A stretch of 63,297 nt of DNA, the filler included, from an uncultured bacterium (GTDB taxonomy: Bacteria; DYJV01), in NCBI GenBank assembly GCA_964543655.1. It is 6 parts of 6 records of this genome, joined end to end, with 100 filler letters (N's around TTAATTAATTAA, not from the genome) between each part and the next. Parts side by side here need not be neighbours in the genome. Positions count along the whole stretch, not along the records: positions 58,715 to 60,424 come from CAZIZE010000046.1; positions 60,525 to 63,297 come from CAZIZE010000048.1; 4 more parts are not named here. One strand, 5' to 3'. How positions within the stretch are numbered: the first letter of the stretch is position 1; each line of letters begins with the position of its first letter. Below the pieces are notes generated by a model, which saw only the letters and a program-made list of their open reading frames with translations, did no database searches and had not been told where the DNA came from. The position numbers and the translations under genes were made by a program. Shown here piece by piece: positions 58,717-63,297 of this stretch.

Positions 58717-59352
58717 AAAAATTTTAAAGCAGAAAATAACAACGATAATATATTAAATAAACTTCAAACAATTATTGAAAAGCACAATAAAAGTAAAGAG
58801 TTTAAAAATTCAAAAAATTTTGAGCAGAAAGATAACCAGTTTTCCAAAAATTTTAATAATCAATCCACTGAATTAAAAATAAAGCCTAAAGTAGTAAATA
58901 ACTTTAATACAGAGACAAACCAAAAAGTGGATTTTAATAAGATTCTTGACCAGATTAAAAATTCCATTAAACCGCCAATTAAAAATGAAATAACCATTCA
59001 GTTAAAACCTGATAACCTTGGAAAAATTAAAATTATGCTTTCCATGGAAAATAACAATTTGAAAGCTAATATTACTGCTGAACACAGGGATGTGCAACAT
59101 TCATTAATGAATAATATGCAACAGCTTGAAACTGCATTAAAAGAGAAAGGCATAAATTTAAGTAATTTTTCAGTAACTGTTACAAATGATCAAAACTTTA
59201 ACAAAGAGCAGGCAAATTCCCAATTTCAAAATAAAAAGAAAAATAAATTCAAAGTAACTAATTTTGAAAATTTTAATAATGAAATAGATAATGAATTATT
59301 TGAAAATCTTCAAGAAATAGAAGAAAATTCAAATTTAAATATTAAGATATAG
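58717..59352 (+). CDS. fliK: Flagellar hook-length control protein C-terminus, 5'-truncated
   Basis: IQLKPDNLGKIKI...L...M.QLE.AL.EKGI; frame open back to the gap. Confidence 0.85.
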   Translation, partial: KNFKAENNNDNILNKLQTIIEKHNKSKEFKNSKNFEQKDNQFSKNFNNQSTELKIKPKVVNNFNTETNQKVDFNKILDQIKNSIKPPIKNEITIQLKPDNLGKIKIMLSMENNNLKANITAEHRDVQHSLMNNMQQLETALKEKGINLSNFSVTVTNDQNFNKEQANSQFQNKKKNKFKVTNFENFNNEIDNELFENLQEIEENSNLNIKI

Positions 59353-59362
59353 GAGGTGTTCC

Positions 59363-60424
59363 ATGTTAACATCATTGTATTCTGCTGTAAGTGGTTTGCA
59401 AGCGTATGGAAATGAAATTTCTGTAATAGGCAACAACATTGCAAATAATGGGACTGTTGGTTTTAAAGCATCAAGAACATCATTTGAAGATATTATGTCA
59501 TCCTCTCTTGGAGGTGGTAGCACTTTACAGGTAGGGAGAGGTGTTTTAACAGGTACCATAATGCCAATATTAACTCAAAGCTCCTTTGACACAACTCAAA
59601 ATGCTACTGACCTTGCTATTGATGGAAATGGATTTTTTATTTTGAAGAATAAAAATGATTCTGGTAAATATTACTTCACAAGAGCTGGTGATTTTATTTT
59701 TAATAAAAATGGAAAATTAGTTAATCCAAATAATTTTGTTGTTCAAGGATGGCAGATTGATGAAAGCACTGGAGAGCCAACAGGAGATCTTACAGATATT
59801 GATATATCAAATATTTCATCAAGTAGTAAACAAACTTCAAATATATCACTTGGTATTAACCTTGATTCAACAAAAGATACAAAATTTGTTATTAATAAAT
59901 ATAATAATAAAATAGTTTACAATGATGGAACAAGTGATAAAACAATCACTGTTGAAGAGGGAATTTATACTGGAGATACTTTAGCAGAGAAATTAACAGA
60001 AAAATTTGGAATTACAGATTTTGAAGTAACTTATGACTCAAGTACTGGTAAATTTACTTTTACCAACAACACAAATGCTGCAACAGGAACAGATGTTACA
60101 TTAAAGTTAACAGATGCTAATTTTACAATGGATCCTATTCTTGGTTTTCAGGTAAAAGATAGAGATGATGCAGATGGAGATAATAATAATGATACTGGTG
60201 TAGATGATCTTACAATAGCAAAAGGTGGTAATTCTGTTAAAAGTGATACATATCCCAATCTTACAACAAAGACTGTAAAAATTACAAGTGAAAACAATAT
60301 AATAAAATTTTCTGAAGATGGTGGTAGCACAATTTTAACAGCAACAATTCCACCTGGAACATATACTTTTGATCCATACTCTGATGGTACAGCAGCTGCA
60401 AATAAAACTTCTCAACTTGCAAGT
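59363..60424 (+). CDS. flgE: Flagellar hook protein, 3'-truncated by a gap
   Basis: SLYSAVSGL...VIGNNIAN..TVGFKASR, DLAIDGNGFF, FTRAGDF, LVNP...VQGW. Confidence 0.92.
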
Positions 60425-60524
60425 NNNNNNNNNNNNNNNNNNNNNNNNNNNNNNNNNNNNNNNNNNNNTTAATTAATTAANNNNNNNNNNNNNNNNNNNN
60501 NNNNNNNNNNNNNNNNNNNNNNNN
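60425..60524. other. Artificial contig linker
   Basis: N-run with TTAATTAATTAA. Confidence 0.98.
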
Positions 60525-61024
60525 GCAAACATGGCTCCTTCCCAGATGCTACCTTCCTGAGTTTCACCATCACCAATTAATGCAAATACTTCCCTTTTTC
60601 TATTCTCAGCATTTTCAACATTGAGCTTTGAACTTTGAACTTTAAACCCGTACGCCCAACCAAGACCTATATTGAATCCATGCCCAAGGGAACCTGCTGA
60701 TGCTTCAATATATTTTGAAGTAACACGGTCAAGGTGAGCAGGCAAGGTTCCATTATTTTGGTAATAACCTAAAAGCTCCTTATCTGAAATAAACCCTCTT
60801 TCATTTAAAGTGGCATAAAGTGCCATTGCCCCATGGCCTTTACTTAAAATAAAAATATCTCTACATTCCCAAGGTTCTAAATTTAACTTATAAAAGTATA
60901 ATGCCACAAGAATATCAACACATGAAAGGCATGTCCCAACATGTGGTGAATTTGATAGGTTGGCAATCTTAATTATCTTTTTTCTGATGCTTTTTGAAAA
61001 ATTTTTTAACTCACTAAATTTCAT
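60525..61024 (-). CDS. Transketolase N-terminal subunit, 3'-truncated by a gap
   Basis: HVG.CLS.VDIL, FILSKGH, GSLGHG, GDGETQEGSIWE. Confidence 0.9.
60613..60647 (-). repeat. 7-bp tandem array inside the transketolase coding sequence
   Basis: Minus strand GTTTAAA GTTCAAA GTTCAAA GCTCAAT GTTGAAA, encoding FKVQSSKLNVE. Confidence 0.65.
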
Positions 61025-61031
61025 TGAACAT

Positions 61032-61913
61032 TTACTCCACTATATCTATAATCTCAACACTTGTATGACCAAATATTTGAAATCTATTTGTTTTTACTTT
61101 TACATCACATGGATTACATTGGCCAAAAAAGTTACATTCTCTAAATTTGTCTATTTCATCTATTGTAAAACTTTCATCAAGAATATGACCTATTGGATTT
61201 CTGTGATTATATAAATCTGCATGGCATTTATAAATCAAACCAGATGGATCAACTATTAATTCAGTTGTTCTGCATTTACATTTTTTTAAATTATCACTAT
61301 TAACACATCCACTATATTTAAAAGTACCAAAAAGCTTCCCATTATATTCTCCAAGAAATTCCTTTAATCTGAAATCCAAGCCTAAGTTTAAGCATTTTTT
61401 CTGCACTTCCAATATATGCTTTCTAATTTTTTCATCTGGATGCTCAACTGAATATAATCCTATTCTAAAACCTGCTTCCTGCATTTTAAAAGCCTTTTTT
61501 ATTAAATCATCAATGTCATTCTGTCCTGGATGATAGCTAACTCTAATTGCTGCATATGGTGCTTCTCTTGTAAATCTCCACACAGGTACATTTCTAATAA
61601 ATTCATCAACATCAAACATCATATTAGTAAGCAAATCCATTTTTATTTCAGGTTTTACTTCATTGACAATTTCATAAAAGTCTTTATGAAGAGTAGGCTC
61701 TCCTCCTTGCAAAGTAAGTGGTAAATCATCCCTTAAAATAAGTCTATTAGCAGCTTCTACCCATTCTTTGCCTGAAAGATGACGAGACACTTTTCTAACA
61801 TCACTGTTTCCACCATGAGCATTTATGCAATAAGGGCATTTAAGGTTGCAGGAAAGGGTCAAAAAAAAGGCTACATAATTATGATGTTCTTTTAGTTTTA
61901 TTTCCTTTTTCAT
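61032..61913 (-). CDS. Radical SAM protein with C-terminal Cys-rich (SPASM/twitch-like) extension
   Basis: CNLKCPYC, GGEPTLH, C-terminal C..C...G.IYKC...C....C..C. Confidence 0.88.
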   Translation of the reverse strand: MKKEIKLKEHHNYVAFFLTLSCNLKCPYCINAHGGNSDVRKVSRHLSGKEWVEAANRLILRDDLPLTLQGGEPTLHKDFYEIVNEVKPEIKMDLLTNMMFDVDEFIRNVPVWRFTREAPYAAIRVSYHPGQNDIDDLIKKAFKMQEAGFRIGLYSVEHPDEKIRKHILEVQKKCLNLGLDFRLKEFLGEYNGKLFGTFKYSGCVNSDNLKKCKCRTTELIVDPSGLIYKCHADLYNHRNPIGHILDESFTIDEIDKFRECNFFGQCNPCDVKVKTNRFQIFGHTSVEIIDIVE

Positions 61914-62056
61914 AATAAAATCCTTTTTTAAATATAAAATTTATAACATAAAATCAAAAAATTGCAAGAAATTTTCTTGTGCTAATACCTGTTAAATACT
62001 GGTTAAATAACTTTTTCTTTGTTGAAAAATTTTTAAAAAAAGTATATGATGTTTGT

Positions 62057-62917
62057 ATGGAAATCATAATTAATGATGTAACTTTAAGAGATGGTCTTCA
62101 AAATGAGCCATATATTGTATCAACAGAGGATAAAGTAAAGCTAATAAATCTCATCATTGACTCTGGGATAAAGCATCTTGAAATAACATCTTTTGTTAAT
62201 CCAAAATTAATTCCACAATTAAGTGATAGCATATCTCTTTCAAAGCATAAAATGTTAAAAGATGCATATTTTAGCGCTCTTGTTCCAAATTTGAGAGGAT
62301 TTAAAAATTGTGTGGAGACAAAGATTAAAGAAGCAGTTCTATTTGTAAGTGTTTGTGAGGAACATAATTTAAAAAACCTTGGAAGAAATATAGATAGTAG
62401 CCTTAAAAATCTTAAAAATATTTTTAATGAAGCAGGGAATTACAAAATAAATTTAAGAGCTGCTATTTCAATGGTTTTTGGCACACCCTTTTTAAATGAT
62501 TTACCTGATGATAAAAAACTTTTCAAAGTTATAGATTTTTTTATTGAAAACAGAGTAACAGACATCACATTGTCAGATACTTGGGGAAATGCAGATTCTA
62601 AATTGTTTGAGAAGCAGTTAAAAAAAATTTTAAAAAAATATGATTTTAAAAATTTTTCTCTTCATCTTCATAATATAGGAAGTAACGGATTTATAAATGC
62701 AGAAACTGCACTTGATTTTGGAATAAAAAAATTTGACACATCTTTTGGTGGATTAGGTGGTTGCCCATTTTCACCTGAAAAAGGTGGAAATTTAAACATT
62801 AGAGATTTTATATCATTAGTTGATAAAAAGGGGTATTTATTAAAAATAAATAGAGAAAAGTTATTAAATGTTGAGTCATTTTTAATGAAATTGAAGATGG
62901 TAAATAGAAATAGTTAA
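62057..62917 (+). CDS. Hydroxymethylglutaryl-CoA lyase family protein
   Basis: DVTLRDGLQNE, SFVNPK.IPQL, LHLHN, GGLGGCPF; probable start ATG 62057. Confidence 0.88.
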   Translation: MEIIINDVTLRDGLQNEPYIVSTEDKVKLINLIIDSGIKHLEITSFVNPKLIPQLSDSISLSKHKMLKDAYFSALVPNLRGFKNCVETKIKEAVLFVSVCEEHNLKNLGRNIDSSLKNLKNIFNEAGNYKINLRAAISMVFGTPFLNDLPDDKKLFKVIDFFIENRVTDITLSDTWGNADSKLFEKQLKKILKKYDFKNFSLHLHNIGSNGFINAETALDFGIKKFDTSFGGLGGCPFSPEKGGNLNIRDFISLVDKKGYLLKINREKLLNVESFLMKLKMVNRNS

Positions 62918-63124
62918 CCTGATATTGTTTTAAAATTGTAAATGAAAATTAACTTAATCTGCTATTATAAATTTATTTCAATAATTCCAGAATAAAATAG
63001 AGGTGGTATATATTTTGTGAATTTGTTATAAATTTTTATGTTAACTCTGTTTTCTTATTAAAATTTAAGTCTTAATTTCTAATAAAATCTTGAACTTATC
63101 TAAATTTTCTGTTAATTTATCAAT

Positions 63125-63297
63125 ATGAATTTAAAAAAACTTCCCATAGGTATTCAGACTTTTAGTGAAATAATTGAAGAAAACTATTTATATGTTGATA
63201 AAACAGGTTTTGCTCATAAATTAATAAATTCAGGCAAGTATTATTTTCTATCCCGTCCCAGAAGATTTGGCAAATCACTTTTCCTTGATACATTATC
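63125..63297 (+). CDS. AAA-ATPase-like / PD-(D/E)XK nuclease family protein N-terminus; runs off the right edge
   Basis: [16 protein letters not shown]...YVDKT...[13 protein letters not shown]. Confidence 0.85.
   Translation, partial: MNLKKLPIGIQTFSEIIEENYLYVDKTGFAHKLINSGKYYFLSRPRRFGKSLFLDTL

Noticed and set aside
23093-60524. Five identical N...TTAATTAATTAA...N blocks that could be taken for a repeat family
   Set aside because: They are exactly 100 bp with stops in all frames, i.e. artificial contig linkers; genes cut by them are truncated, not pseudogenes.
1099-61724. Many short ORFs in the track overlapping long genes (e.g. 1099-1314, 6393-6671, 12923-13222, 24709-25182, 38717-39163, 61530-61724)
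   Set aside because: Antisense or alternate-frame shadows of well-supported genes, with no recognisable motifs.
1-63297. CRISPR arrays, tRNA/rRNA genes (including tRNA-Sec), transposases, integrases or phage genes
   Set aside because: None recognised by eye; a tRNAscan-SE, Infernal or CRISPR-finder run would be needed to exclude them formally.

Overview
AT-rich bacterial draft-genome window made of six contig pieces joined by five artificial 100-bp N...TTAATTAATTAA...N linkers, so adjacency across linkers means nothing. Gene content suggests a flagellated, anaerobic, Gram-negative respirer; deltaproteobacterial/Deferribacterota-like gene arrangements are my inference only. The main result is a minus-strand three-gene operon at 4993-11395: an outer-membrane beta-barrel, a 12-heme lipoprotein cytochrome c, and a large cytochrome c that the ORF track splits in two. 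The two pieces (8611-9006 and 4993-8592) are in the same frame, separated by one TGA that is followed immediately by a strong bacterial SECIS-like hairpin. I read them as one 1337-aa octaheme selenoprotein (Sec132, motif GAW-U-PPSYRQLAAKK) with octaheme tetrathionate reductase-like heme motif contexts. A tRNA 2-selenouridine synthase gene elsewhere in the window supports selenium use. Other content: a hybrid sensor kinase and multi-receiver regulator, 2-oxoacid:ferredoxin oxidoreductase (korDABC-like), polA, glycosyltransferases and wzm, an MCP, fmt, tlyA, rluD, pgeF, yggT, a NapC/NirT-type octaheme cytochrome, flagellin, addAB, a beta-keto-acid cleavage (BKACE)/TAXI-TRAP/aminotransferase catabolic cluster, atpZ/I/B/E interrupted by a four-helix-bundle gene, fliK-flgE, and several AAA-ATPase remnants. 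There is also a three-copy intergenic repeat and several 7-bp-period repeat elements, one lying in frame inside a transketolase gene.
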